Notes: generated by a model from the letters alone, not told the origin. Positions 53,047 through 63,509 are shown, numbered from the stretch's first letter. The stretch: DNA of 64,000 nt from an uncultured delta proteobacterium (GCA_963729835.1 CAVSQF010000023.1:155739-219738), one strand, 5' to 3'. Translations and numbers: made by a program.

Positions 53047-53630
53047 TCGATCTGATCCATTGACCACCTGAGTCACGGAGAGCCGCTGGGTGCATGCCTG
53101 GCGGCTCTGGGGAGGCCCCTTAGGCTGGTTGGGTTGGTTGCAGTGGTGTTACAGGGGGAGCCGCTGGAGCCTTCTGGTAAGGCGGTCGGGCTATGGCAAG
53201 AAGCTCATCTGCAAACTTGCTGAGCTCTGTGTTCGTCGTTTTCAGGTCGTCAACGAGTGCCGCATAGCGTGGGTACTGCCGCTGTATTTCTTGAGGGGAC
53301 GTAGAGTTTGTGAAAAAATCGTCGGCCTGCGAATTTGGCCCATTGATTTCATTGAACTTTATCGTCACGAAATGTTCGATTTGGGGATTTTTTCACAAAG
53401 TCGTAGCGCGGAATTGGCGGAATTGTGCGTGTGCCCGGCGCTCTCGGAACGTAGTTTCATTTGTTCCGTTCACCGGCGCTAGTACTGATTGTAATATATA
53501 CGTATAGAGTGATACTTGACACTCATCCTCAATGCGCCATACTACGCAGCTCATGGGCGCGGACCGTGATTGGATGCCCCCGGGGTTCTGCATCACGTGA
53601 TGGCGCGGGGGATTGAGCGGTGGGAGATCA

Positions 53631-53677
53631 AGCAAAGATGGCGAGTGGCGGAAGGACGACCGGCTCCCTGAGCTGCT
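53631..53677 (+). repeat. Direct repeat copy B (orphan fragment of the 3' end of ORF 46624..46926)
   Basis: A 40-nt perfect match to 46840-46879. It translates as SKDGEWRKDDRLPELL, preceded by an in-frame stop, so it is non-functional. Confidence 0.9.
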
Positions 53678-53872
53678 CACGAAAATGGTTCCCGCTCAGG
53701 CAGAGCTAGCAGAAGCCTGAGCAAATAGGCTCAGCCGCCGCCGCCGGGACGTACCCGATTTCGCCCGGCAAGCTGGATGACGGCAGCGGGATTGGTATGG
53801 CCTCAGCGAGGCTCTCAACCACCCCGTGTTGGGGGGTCGCCTGAGCCTCGGGCGCGTGCTATCAGATGTGTC

Positions 53873-54121
53873 ATGGCACGGGTGAATTTGACACTGGATG
53901 AACACACGTATGCTCAGCTCGATCAGCACGCCAAGCGACTGGGTAAGCCCCGCGCGCGCGCCGTAAAAGACCTTCTGGTCGAGGGGCTGGCCCGCCACGC
54001 GACCCACGAGCGGCGCCAACGGCTGGCCCGCGACTACGCGGCGGGGCGTGCGGACGCGCGCGCGCTGTTGAACGACCTGGAGTCGGGTCAATTCGATCTG
54101 CTAGATGATGAACGCTCGTGA
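53873..54121 (+). CDS. RHH (CopG/MazE-like) antitoxin
   Basis: MARVNLTLDEHTYAQLDQHAKRLGKPRARAVKDLLVEGL is a ribbon-helix-helix. Overlaps the downstream toxin gene. Confidence 0.75.
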   Translation: MARVNLTLDEHTYAQLDQHAKRLGKPRARAVKDLLVEGLARHATHERRQRLARDYAAGRADARALLNDLESGQFDLLDDERS

Positions 54122-54479
54122 AGCGGTCGACTTCCGCCGCGGCGACATTCTCTGGATCCACTGTGAGCCCTCGGTAGGCGTGGAGCCACGCAAGCTTCGC
54201 ACCTGCGTGGTGGTGTCCAACGACATCGCCAACCGGTTCGGGCAAGCCGTTACGGTGGTGCCGACCCAGGCGTACACGGCCGAGCGAGCGGGGCGCGCCT
54301 ACATGGTCGACTTGCGCCGCCCACGCTCGAACCTCGACACGGGGCGTGTTGCCAACGCCTCTATGGTCATGACCTACGATAGGCGGCGCGTGGTCAAACG
54401 CGCCGGGCGAGTCAGCGCTCAGGCCCAACAGGCGTTGGACGAGGCGCTCAGCGTCCACCTCGGCTTATCGGCACTCTGA
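54105..54479 (+). CDS. mazF: MazF/PemK-family endoribonuclease toxin
   Basis: RRGDILWIHCEPSVGVEPRKLRTCVVVSNDIANRFGQAVTVVPTQ ... ASMVMTYDRRRV. Confidence 0.85.
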   Translation: MMNAREAVDFRRGDILWIHCEPSVGVEPRKLRTCVVVSNDIANRFGQAVTVVPTQAYTAERAGRAYMVDLRRPRSNLDTGRVANASMVMTYDRRRVVKRAGRVSAQAQQALDEALSVHLGLSAL

Positions 54480-54881
54480 GCCGAGTAGTGAGTGCTCCAC
54501 GTTCACCTCGCTACGTCTTGTCGCAATAATGTGCTGGCTGCTCGATCGCCTGCACGCGGAAGGTGCGACAGTCTGGCTGTCAGCATTACGGGACCTCGCT
54601 GACGAGCTGATCCCACGTCTCCGACGGCGTTTCTCGGCGTGAACGGATATAGTTCACACCATGAACGATTTGTTAGTACCTGACGCGGCTGCGCGGGCAT
54701 TGGAGCATTTCCTCGACAAGCACGAGCAGGCCCGCCGGTACCGACCTGTACCGCCTGTCGCCCCGCATCGTTGCCGCGCCACTGGCATCGCTGCTCGCCT
54801 GAGCGGGCCGCGCCCAGGTGTTGGGCTCAGGCGGCTCCCCATGATCGGCGAGAAGACGATGCAGGGTGCCGAATCGAAAAC

Positions 54882-54941
54882 TACGTCGGCTCAATGATCC
54901 GCACGAGCCAAGGCGGGGAGTGGCAGAAAGACGACCAGTGA
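54882..54941 (+). repeat. Direct repeat copy C (diverged)
   Basis: About 79 percent identical (45 of 57 nt by hand) to 46816-46873. It translates as YVGSMIRTSQGGEWQKDDQ* versus YVGSVIRTSKDGEWRKDDR. Confidence 0.6.
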
Positions 54942-55106
54942 TGGCTTGCGCGCCTGAGTCGTCTTTAGACGACTTCCCCATTTTCGTAGCCATCACGAGC
55001 CGAATCGCGCCCCACGCGTGCCATTTTTTCGCGCAATAATGAGCCGGGGGGTGTAGAATGCGCGGCGCACGCGTTGTCAAGTCAGATTGCCCGACGAGGT
55101 TGCCCT

Positions 55107-57395
55107 ATGGAGATTCGTAAAAAGGACGCGCTCGACTATCACCGGCAGGTTCCCAAGGGAAAGATCGAAGTGATGCCGACCAAGCCCTGCCGCACCCAGT
55201 GGGACTTGAGCCTGGCCTACACTCCTGGAGTTGCGGAGCCTTGCCGGGAGATCCAGCGCGACCCCGAATGCACGTTCGAGTACACGGCGCGAGGGAACCT
55301 GGTGGCGGTGGTCTCCAATGGGACGGCGGTTCTCGGCCTGGGAAACATCGGCGCGCATGCGGCCAAGCCCGTGATGGAAGGAAAGGCGGTCCTCTTCAAG
55401 CGCTTTGCGGACATCGATGTGTTTGATCTGGAGGTGAACTCGGAAAGCCCCGAGGACGTCATCAAGTTCTGCCAGCTCCTCGAGCCAACGTGCGGGGGCA
55501 TCAACCTGGAGGACATCAAGGCTCCCGAGTGTTTCTATGTTGAAGAGACGCTGCGCAAGACGATGTCCATTCCGGTCTTCCATGACGATCAGCACGGGAC
55601 GGCGATCATCAGCGGCGCCGCGCTGCTGAATGCGCTGGAGCTGGTGGGCAAGGAAATCGACAAGGTCCGAATCGTTTTCAGCGGGGCGGGAGCGGCAGGG
55701 CTGGCCACTGCCGAGCATTATCTGCGGCTGGGCGCGCGGCGCGAAAACATCATCATGTCCGATATCCACGGCGTGATTTATGAAGGCCGCGCGGAAGGGA
55801 TGAACCCGTACAACGCCCGCTTTGCTGTGAAGACCACGATGCGGACCCTGGCCGAGGCGATGCGCGACGCCGACGTGTTCGTCGGGCTCTCGGTGGGGAA
55901 CCTGGTGACGCCGGACATGGCGCGCTCCATGGCCGCCCGGCCGATCATCTTCGCCATGGCCAACCCCATTCCGGAGATCAGTTACGAAGACGCCAAAGCC
56001 GCCCGGCCGGATGCCATCGTGGCCACGGGCCGTTCGGATTATCCCAACCAGGCCAACAACGTGCTGGGCTTTCCCTTCATTTTCCGCGGGGCACTGGACG
56101 TGCGGGCGCGCGCCATCAACGAGGAGATGAAGATCGCCGCCACGCACGCGCTGGCGGCGCTCGCCAAGGAGGACGTGCCGGATGCCGTCCTGCGTGCCTA
56201 TGGAGTGGGCCGGCTGCAATTCGGGCCGGAGTACATCCTCTGCAAACTCTTCGACCCGCGCATCTTTATTTGGGTGTCCTCTGCCGTTGCGGATGCCGCC
56301 ATGCGAAGCGGTGTAGCGCAAATCCAAATCGATGTGCAGGAGTATCGCGAGCAACTCGCCCGCCGGATTGGGCGCACCTATCAAGTCATGCAGAACGTCC
56401 GCCAAAACGCCAGAGCCGCGCCGAAGCGCATTGTGTTTTCAGAGGGTGAGCACGAGAAGATCATCCGCGCCAGTTACCAGCTCGTGGACGAGGGGATCGC
56501 GTTCCCCATCCTGTTGGGGCGGCCGCCGGTCATCGCAGACAAGCTGCGCGACCTGGGTCTCGGAGAATTGCGCGCCGAGATCATCGAGCCGGGCCACTCC
56601 CCTCGCTTGGGAGCCTACGTGGAGGAGTTCTATCGGATCCGCCAGCGGCGGGGTGTGACGGAAAGCGAAGCGCGCGAGCAAATGCTCAACGCCAACTACT
56701 TTGGAGCCATGATGGTGCACATGGACGACGCCGACGGGTTCATCGCCGGAGTCAGCCAGCACTACCCCGACACTATCCGCCCGGCGCTGCACGTCATCCG
56801 GATGCGCGAGGGAGTGCATCGCGTCTCAGGTCTCTACGTCATTGCCACCCGGAAAGAGGTCTATTTCTTCGCGGATACCTCGGTGAATATCGACCCGTGC
56901 GCCGAGGAAGTGGCGGAGATCGCCCTGCTCGCCGCCGACGTGGCGCGGGAATTCAACGTCGAGCCGCGCGTGGCCATGCTGTCGTTCTCAAATTTCGGGA
57001 GCACCCAACATCCTCTTGCCGAGAAGATGCGCCGGGCCACGGAGCTGGTGAAACAAAAAGAGCCGAACTTGATGGTCGAAGGGGAAATGATGGCGGACAC
57101 GGCCCTGTCGCCGGAGTTGATGCAAGAATATCGGTTCTCAAAACTCCAGGGCGGCGCCAACGTCCTCATCTTCCCGGACCTTGAGGCCGCCAACATTGCC
57201 TACAAGCTTATGATCCGCCTAGGGGGCGCCGAAGCCCTGGGGCCTATCCTGATGGGCATGTCGAAACCCGTTCACGTCCTGCAACGAGGCGCGACCGTCG
57301 AAGATATCGTCAACATGGCGGCTATTGCCGTGGTCGACGCGCAAAAAGCCGGCGCGCAGTTGAAGGTCGTCTTGTCACAGCCGTCGGCAGCATAG
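55107..57395 (+). CDS. maeB: NADP-dependent malic enzyme with a C-terminal phosphotransacetylase-like domain
   Basis: [53 protein letters not shown], plus a PTA-like C-terminal half. Confidence 0.95.
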   Translation: MEIRKKDALDYHRQVPKGKIEVMPTKPCRTQWDLSLAYTPGVAEPCREIQRDPECTFEYTARGNLVAVVSNGTAVLGLGNIGAHAAKPVMEGKAVLFKRFADIDVFDLEVNSESPEDVIKFCQLLEPTCGGINLEDIKAPECFYVEETLRKTMSIPVFHDDQHGTAIISGAALLNALELVGKEIDKVRIVFSGAGAAGLATAEHYLRLGARRENIIMSDIHGVIYEGRAEGMNPYNARFAVKTTMRTLAEAMRDADVFVGLSVGNLVTPDMARSMAARPIIFAMANPIPEISYEDAKAARPDAIVATGRSDYPNQANNVLGFPFIFRGALDVRARAINEEMKIAATHALAALAKEDVPDAVLRAYGVGRLQFGPEYILCKLFDPRIFIWVSSAVADAAMRSGVAQIQIDVQEYREQLARRIGRTYQVMQNVRQNARAAPKRIVFSEGEHEKIIRASYQLVDEGIAFPILLGRPPVIADKLRDLGLGELRAEIIEPGHSPRLGAYVEEFYRIRQRRGVTESEAREQMLNANYFGAMMVHMDDADGFIAGVSQHYPDTIRPALHVIRMREGVHRVSGLYVIATRKEVYFFADTSVNIDPCAEEVAEIALLAADVAREFNVEPRVAMLSFSNFGSTQHPLAEKMRRATELVKQKEPNLMVEGEMMADTALSPELMQEYRFSKLQGGANVLIFPDLEAANIAYKLMIRLGGAEALGPILMGMSKPVHVLQRGATVEDIVNMAAIAVVDAQKAGAQLKVVLSQPSAA

Positions 57396-57696
57396 GCTCG
57401 ATTCGTGACCGAGCGACCGGCTCGCATGCTTGCCGGGCTTCCAAAGTGAGTTCGCGGTCCTGAGCCCGACCTAGACGGGCCTAGACGCCGGTACACGAGC
57501 CCGGTTGTCGTGCCGGCACGGGCCTGCTAAATAGAAACTTCTGGTTGTCTGCTGTGAGAACCTCCTTCCTCAAAGTGCTGCTGACCGGGAGTTCCCACTC
57601 ATTCACTCAGGCGGACTGCAGTGATGGCAATGGGTGTCTCTCACCGTCAGCTCCGCAGCGTGGCCGCGGGAGCGGTTTGACAAGGAGAGTCGCACA

Positions 57697-57996
57697 ATGG
57701 GGAAGAAGCTGTACGTCGGCAATTTAGGGTTCGACGTCACCAGTAAGGATCTTGAGGAGCTGTTTGCGCAAGCCGGCGTCTGCGAGTCGGCGGCGGTGAT
57801 CACCGACCGGGCCACCGGTCAGTCTCGCGGATTCGGATTCGTGGAGATGAGCTCGAATGCCGATGCGCAGAAGGCAATCCAGCAATTTGACGGCCAGGAA
57901 TTCAAAGGACGTGCGCTGAAAGTGAATGAGGCACGTGAGCGCGAGAGCCGCGGCGGCGGTGGCGGCGGTCGTGGCGGCGGTCGGAACCGCCGTTAA
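57697..57996 (+). CDS. RRM-type RNA-binding protein with a Gly/Arg tail
   Basis: RNP-2 KLYVGNL, RNP-1 RGFGFVEM, C-terminal RGGGGGGRGGGRNRR. AAGGAG lies upstream. Confidence 0.9.
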   Translation: MGKKLYVGNLGFDVTSKDLEELFAQAGVCESAAVITDRATGQSRGFGFVEMSSNADAQKAIQQFDGQEFKGRALKVNEARERESRGGGGGGRGGGRNRR

Positions 57997-58080
57997 GGAC
58001 TCGGAAGCCGTCATGAGGCCGGTGCGGCCTTCTGATGCGGGGCGTCCCGCCCGGTGGCGGTGTGCAGTGTGCAACGAGCG

Positions 58081-58530
58081 ATGACAGGCTCTCCAGCACG
58101 GGCGTATCTGCGGCGCCAGCTCGAAGCACATCTCGACCGACTGGGATACTCACAGGTCCGGAGCCCGCGCGCCGGCGTCCCGGTCGCCGAGATCGCCCGC
58201 GTCAGTCCGGTCCGCGGCCGTCTGGCGTACGGACAAACCGTGCTCCGCGCCGACCTGCAGCAGCCGCGGTGCCATGAGCGGCTCCTGTTTTTCTCGCAAC
58301 GCCGGACCCGTCACCGGAGCAGCATCCTGTTCTTTATCGGTGTGGCGGAGGAGGACCAACCGGAGCTCGAAGCGCTGCTCGAGCACCTCAGCATCCGGAA
58401 TGCGGTGCGTGGTGGCCACGTGCACGTCGTCGCGATACCGCTCCCGAGCACTCTCTCGCGGCCGGCCGCCGCGCCCGGCGCGCCGGTGCGCGCCCGGCGC
58501 GTGGCTGGCGGCATGCTCAAGAACGCATGA
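58081..58530 (+). CDS. Hypothetical protein
   Basis: An ORF with plausible composition but no recognised family. The start is uncertain (58054 or 58081). Confidence 0.4.
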   Translation: MTGSPARAYLRRQLEAHLDRLGYSQVRSPRAGVPVAEIARVSPVRGRLAYGQTVLRADLQQPRCHERLLFFSQRRTRHRSSILFFIGVAEEDQPELEALLEHLSIRNAVRGGHVHVVAIPLPSTLSRPAAAPGAPVRARRVAGGMLKNA

Positions 58531-58784
58531 CGACCTGAGCTCCCAACCCGAATTAAACTTCCAGCCAATAATCGATAGTCTACAGTCGAGAGTTGGCTTA
58601 CCGCAGCTCTGTGAGCGCGGCGATGGCAAGGCTCGCTACCGTGAACGTGGCAGGCTAATGCCCTGCGGTTCGGGTGCAACTCTCAACGAATCGACTGTCG
58701 ACTGAAGATTCCCGGATGGGGGCTAATTCCGAGAGTTTTCGCGTGCCGCGAAGATTTGCATTCCGAATGCCGGCGCCAGTCCGC

Positions 58785-59816
58785 TCAGCCGCGCAACAAA
58801 ACGTCGCAGAGCATGCGTGTGCGGCGCACGAGGCGGCCGAGGGCATTGCGGTGAACGTTGCGCCGCAGGATGAGCAGCAGCTTGCGTTCGAGGCGAAAGC
58901 GGTCCAGCAGCGGTGGCCGCGGCAGTTTGCCGCCGCCGCGGCGTGCCGCACGCTCGATCGGTTCGAAGAAGGCGGCGCGCGGGAACCCCCAGGTTGCCAG
59001 ATCGGCGTCGTCGATCGTAGCGATCATCTCGCGCATGATCTGCAGCTGCGGAGCATTTTGTGCCAACTCGGTTGCCCACTTCTCCACCGAGTCCGTGATC
59101 GGTCGGGTGTGCTTGTCGACCGTGGTCGGGTCACCGAGTCCCCGGGAGTCATGCTGGTGCCGTCCGTATTCAATCGTGCCGGGGTCGAACGCTAGTCCCA
59201 GGAAATCGAAGACGCGGCGCATCTCCGCTTCCGGGTGCTGCACCAACTGCTCATACCCGACCTGGATCAGCGGCACACGCTGCTCGCGGAGGAAACGTGC
59301 CATAGCCGGCACGTACCGATTGAGGATGGGATTGAACCGGCGCGCGGCGGCGTAATCGCCATCGAAAAACGAGTTGGCGTACGAGCTGAAAATCGCCGCC
59401 GGATGCCGGGTCAGCACGATGTAGCGAGCCTTGGGGTACAGCCTGGAGATGAACGGGAGCACCAGCGCGTTAGCGGGGGTCTTGTCGAGGAAGAACTGCT
59501 TGCCGTGGCCGCGCGTGGCGAGCATACGGCCGTACAGGATATCCATGTAGGCACGGCAGGCGTCGAGATAGTCTTCCTCACCGCGCTGCAGGTCGGCCAC
59601 GAACTCCCGCGCGGCTTGCGCCGCTTGCAGATGATCGAACGGCGCGGCATCGACGCTGTCGTAGTACCCGAGATGCGCCAACGGCGTCAGCAGGTGCGGC
59701 TCGGCGCGGCTGTAAATCGCGGCGTGCGAGCTGAGCATGCGCATCAGCAGCGTCGATCCCGACCGCGGCGGACCGATCACGAACAGCAGCTTCGACTCCA
59801 TGGATTCGATGATCAT
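58785..59816 (-). CDS. Sulfotransferase-family protein
   Basis: 5'-PSB loop LFVIGPPRSGSTLLMRML, 3'-PB-like YIVLTRHPAAIFSS. Confidence 0.75.
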   Translation of the reverse strand: MIIESMESKLLFVIGPPRSGSTLLMRMLSSHAAIYSRAEPHLLTPLAHLGYYDSVDAAPFDHLQAAQAAREFVADLQRGEEDYLDACRAYMDILYGRMLATRGHGKQFFLDKTPANALVLPFISRLYPKARYIVLTRHPAAIFSSYANSFFDGDYAAARRFNPILNRYVPAMARFLREQRVPLIQVGYEQLVQHPEAEMRRVFDFLGLAFDPGTIEYGRHQHDSRGLGDPTTVDKHTRPITDSVEKWATELAQNAPQLQIMREMIATIDDADLATWGFPRAAFFEPIERAARRGGGKLPRPPLLDRFRLERKLLLILRRNVHRNALGRLVRRTRMLCDVLLRG

Positions 59817-59874
59817 GCCGAGAACCGTTCACAGGCGAGGTCACCAGCAGTGGTGCACTCTCGACTATCAACCA

Positions 59875-60210
59875 TCAACTATCGATCTTCCCCGTCAGAT
59901 AATCGCCCAAGATGCCCCGGCTGTGCTCGTCCTCGTGACAGTAAACGCAGAGGTTTTCCCAATTGCTGCCATCCGGCGGGTTGTTGTCGTGATTCCCATC
60001 CTTGTGGTGCACCGTGAGCAGATGCAGATTCGCGGCATCGAACTCCCGCGCGCACTTGGCGCAAATCCAGCCGTGAAGCGCGAGCGAACGGGCGCGGTAA
60101 TCCTGTTGGCGCGTCAGAGCCGCGGTGCGGGCGGCACGCATCACGTCCTCGATGTTCGAACTCGGCGCTATCGGCCGCCGTCGTTTGCCCGGTCGGAAGC
60201 TGCGCGTCAT
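59875..60210 (-). CDS. yajD: YajD-family HNH nuclease
   Basis: CAKCAREFDAANLHLLTVHHKDGNHDNNPPDGSNWENLCVYCHEDEH. Confidence 0.85.
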   Translation of the reverse strand: MTRSFRPGKRRRPIAPSSNIEDVMRAARTAALTRQQDYRARSLALHGWICAKCAREFDAANLHLLTVHHKDGNHDNNPPDGSNWENLCVYCHEDEHSRGILGDYLTGKIDS

Positions 60211-60324
60211 CGCGGCGCATTATACCGTTCGCGTCATGCTCCGGCCAGGAGCAGTCAGGCGCACGTGCGGAGGGCCACACTTTTAGTTGCGTCCACGCGG
60301 CATCTTGCGTTATGAGAAGCGCCG

Positions 60325-63300
60325 ATGTCGCAGTCGCCACCGCCCGCGGTCGTGGCTACACGGCAGGGCCGCAAAGCGCAGTTGATGAACGGGGTCCGGC
60401 TGCTCCTGTTGGGGGCGGCTGTCGCCGCTGGTGCGCTCGCGTTCAGGGATCACGCCTCCGAGACGCTCCCCTGGTGGCGCTGGGTCGGTGAGCTGGCGAT
60501 CGGCTGGGTGCTGTTGGTGTTGGCCTTGGAAGACGGGCGGCCGGCGGCCGAATCCCGGCGGCGCCGGCAGTTGCGCCGTGCCGCGGGAGTGGTGGCCCTT
60601 ACCGCCGCTGCGGTAGCCGTGCGGTATGGACTGGAGTCGGGCCGTCAGATCGCAGCGATCGTCGCAACGCTGACCGCGCTTCTGGCACTCCTCGCCGCCC
60701 GCTGGATACCCTTTAGTTTGGAGGACGTCAGCGCGCTGAACGGGGTGGCCCCAGATGCGCCGGCGCATTCTGTGCGCCCGCGGCCCTGGCGCTTCGGGCT
60801 TGCGGCTCTCGCCGTTGTTGCCTGCGTCGCGGCCACGTTTTGGAATCGGTCCAATCACTTGGGAGCATTCCTGCTGTGGCTGGCCAGCTTGGCTTTGTTC
60901 GCCGTGGCTTGGTGGAAGACCGACGCGCCCGACACTTCCACCAGTGCGCAATGGCGTGTGACCAGCGGCCCCCAGCTTTCGCGCGGCGCCGAGGCAATGG
61001 CATTGCTGTTGATCCTAACCCTCGGAGCGGTATTGCGGCTTGCGCTGCTCGACAGCGTGCCCCACATCATCGAAATCGATGACGGCCTGATCGGGCGGCA
61101 CGCTGAAAGCATGTGGCGGAACGGTTTTCCTGACCCTTTCGGCTTTGGTTTTAATGCCTATGCCAACCTTTCGTTCATGGTCCAGTACGTCCCCATACAG
61201 CTGTTGGGCACCAGCGATGCCAACCTGCGCCTGGGCAGCGCAGCCCTCGGATGGCTCAGCCTGATCCCGACGTTTTTCTGGGTGCGGCGCTGGTGGGGGA
61301 GTATCATCGCGCTCTTGGCTGTCTTGATCCTTGCGATGAACGTTGAACACATTCAATACAGCCGTGTCGGGTACACTAATATCCAGATGGTGCCGGTTGC
61401 CGCGCTGATACTGGCGGCTTTTGCCCGCGTGCTCCACACCCGCCGGCTCGTGGACTGGGTCTGGCTCGGGTACGCGATGGGCCTCGGGTTTCACACGTAT
61501 CACCCCGCCAAGCAGTACCCTATGTGGCTTGCCGTCGCGGCACTGTTCTTTGCAATCGGCATCCGCGGTTTCCTCAAGCGCTATGTCGCTGGCGCGTTGG
61601 TCGGCGCGGTGGCGTATCTGCTGGTCGTGGCGCCGCTTCTCACCTCGATTTATGCGAATTGGGGGTTGTGGTACCTGAACAACGCAAACCGGCTCGACGT
61701 TCACAACCTCGTTGCGGCTTATCAGGCGAACGACAGCGTTGGCATGTGGCAATACCTGGGCAGCCATTTCGGCGATGAGCTGCGCCGTTTCATCAACGAG
61801 CCCCCCATTACCACGCTGCTGTCGCCGGCGATGAGCGTGCCGTTCTTACTCGGAGTGGGATGGATACTCTGGCGTTGGCGGGATCCCCGAAACCTTGTGG
61901 CACTCGCGTGGCTTGGCGGGATTCTTTTCGTAACCGGTTTCACGGGAGACCCGCGATTCCAGCGGATGCTGGGGTTTCTTCCCGTCGTGGCTCTGATTCC
62001 AGCGCTCGTTGCGGGTCACGTCCGTGGGGTATTGCACCGCTGCTGGCCGCGGCGCGCTGATATCATCGTGGTGCCGTTGTTGCTCGTGTGGCTCAGCGCT
62101 GACCTGTATCACAGTTGGTTTGCCGAGTTCGTGTATCGCGCCTCGACCCGGCACACCACGGCGGGCGTTTGCCGGGTCATGCAGCGGATTGCTTCGCCGG
62201 TGACGTATTACACCGCAGGCACCGCCGGCAGCGAAAATCCGCACGTTGCGGCGAGCATCTGTATGATCGCCGATGATCCCGAGCGCCGCGTGGTGAATCT
62301 GGCGGCCGACGCAACCATCGTGCCGATTCCGCCCACGAACCTCGGAACGGCCGTGCTGCTGGTCTTTCCGCCTCTGCAGGAGGTGGTGCAGCTCGTGCGA
62401 CACTACTACCCGGAAGTGGAGCCGGAGGTCTACAAGGTGGATGAATGGACGCCCACTTTGTACACTTTCGTTTTTGGGGTGGATCAGATCGAAGCGAGTC
62501 GCGGCCTCAAAGTTACCTTTCGAGCGCCGGACGGCTCCTGGGTGTCCCAGCCAAACGCGACGGTGATCGAAGCGCCCCCGGCGACATCGTTCCCTGTACA
62601 CGCAACTGGGCGCGGGCTGGTGTGGATCTCACCAACTGGGTCGTACGGCTTCCGCAGCCCGGGTGCGTCCGTGTATGTGGATGGGCGCGCCATGACGGCG
62701 AGTGATCTGGTCCTGCTGCCCACCGGCTGGCACGGCATTACGGTGGACGGCACGCTGCGCATGCCTTCCGACCGTCTGTTTGCAGAATGGTACCGGTCGG
62801 ACAAATCAGAATGGACGGCGATTCCCAGCGCTTTCCTGCACGCACATCCAGAGATGCACGGCCTGCTGGGCCGCTATTTTGGCCGCCAACTCCCGCCCGC
62901 TGGAGCAGCACCGATTGATATGCCGCCCGACTCAACCGAACTGAGCACCACGTTGAGCTTCGAATGGGCCTTGCCCGACGATGACCCTGCTCCACCACCG
63001 TTTGCCGCGCGGCCGTCGACGATGGAGTGGATCGGAACCGTCGATCTCCCGGAAGGCCGTGAGCAGAGTCTCCGGCTGTTCGCGACGACGCCAACGGAGG
63101 TATTCATTGACGGCACGCGCGTGCTGCACACCGAGGGTGGGGACTTCCGCACACCAGCTGCGGACGCGATCGTCACCGGGTTGTCTGGCAGGGTCCCCAT
63201 CCTCGTGCGTACCGTGCGGCCGGCCGACGATCCGCAAGCGCGATGGACCATGCGCCTCCTCTGGCGCGCGCCCGGCGGCGGCTGGAGTGCGTTTGTTCCC

Positions 63301-63330
63301 TATTCGCCTCCCGAGGGCGGAGTGCAGTGA
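60325..63330 (+). CDS. Polytopic GT-C-type (ArnT/PMT-like) glycosyltransferase fused to C-terminal PA14-like beta-domains
   Basis: More than 10 predicted TM segments. First-loop acidic motif HIIEIDDGLIGRHAE. The C-terminal GLLGRYFG...LSFEWALPDD...MEWIGTVDLPEG...LFATTPTEVFIDG matches PA14 logic. Confidence 0.7.
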   Translation: MSQSPPPAVVATRQGRKAQLMNGVRLLLLGAAVAAGALAFRDHASETLPWWRWVGELAIGWVLLVLALEDGRPAAESRRRRQLRRAAGVVALTAAAVAVRYGLESGRQIAAIVATLTALLALLAARWIPFSLEDVSALNGVAPDAPAHSVRPRPWRFGLAALAVVACVAATFWNRSNHLGAFLLWLASLALFAVAWWKTDAPDTSTSAQWRVTSGPQLSRGAEAMALLLILTLGAVLRLALLDSVPHIIEIDDGLIGRHAESMWRNGFPDPFGFGFNAYANLSFMVQYVPIQLLGTSDANLRLGSAALGWLSLIPTFFWVRRWWGSIIALLAVLILAMNVEHIQYSRVGYTNIQMVPVAALILAAFARVLHTRRLVDWVWLGYAMGLGFHTYHPAKQYPMWLAVAALFFAIGIRGFLKRYVAGALVGAVAYLLVVAPLLTSIYANWGLWYLNNANRLDVHNLVAAYQANDSVGMWQYLGSHFGDELRRFINEPPITTLLSPAMSVPFLLGVGWILWRWRDPRNLVALAWLGGILFVTGFTGDPRFQRMLGFLPVVALIPALVAGHVRGVLHRCWPRRADIIVVPLLLVWLSADLYHSWFAEFVYRASTRHTTAGVCRVMQRIASPVTYYTAGTAGSENPHVAASICMIADDPERRVVNLAADATIVPIPPTNLGTAVLLVFPPLQEVVQLVRHYYPEVEPEVYKVDEWTPTLYTFVFGVDQIEASRGLKVTFRAPDGSWVSQPNATVIEAPPATSFPVHATGRGLVWISPTGSYGFRSPGASVYVDGRAMTASDLVLLPTGWHGITVDGTLRMPSDRLFAEWYRSDKSEWTAIPSAFLHAHPEMHGLLGRYFGRQLPPAGAAPIDMPPDSTELSTTLSFEWALPDDDPAPPPFAARPSTMEWIGTVDLPEGREQSLRLFATTPTEVFIDGTRVLHTEGGDFRTPAADAIVTGLSGRVPILVRTVRPADDPQARWTMRLLWRAPGGGWSAFVPYSPPEGGVQ

Positions 63331-63509
63331 CGCCGCACGGCTTGCTCGCTGTCTCTTGATCATCACCGGGGCGCGCCGCGTCAATTTGTGGCCAGCGCTC
63401 GACTAATCAGCTAGGAAGCTGTCGCAATGTCCGGCCCGACAATCGCCGGGCGCACTGGTCGCCCTTCATGGACCTGGATTACGACCGGACAATAAATGGA
63501 GGAAGGTAG

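Noticed and set aside
51799-53076. 425-aa minus-strand ORF and 50278..51276 (332 aa), both inside the giant gene
   Set aside because: They are antisense shadow ORFs kept open by the repetitive, codon-biased sense strand. Their internal repeats simply mirror the sense-strand repeats.
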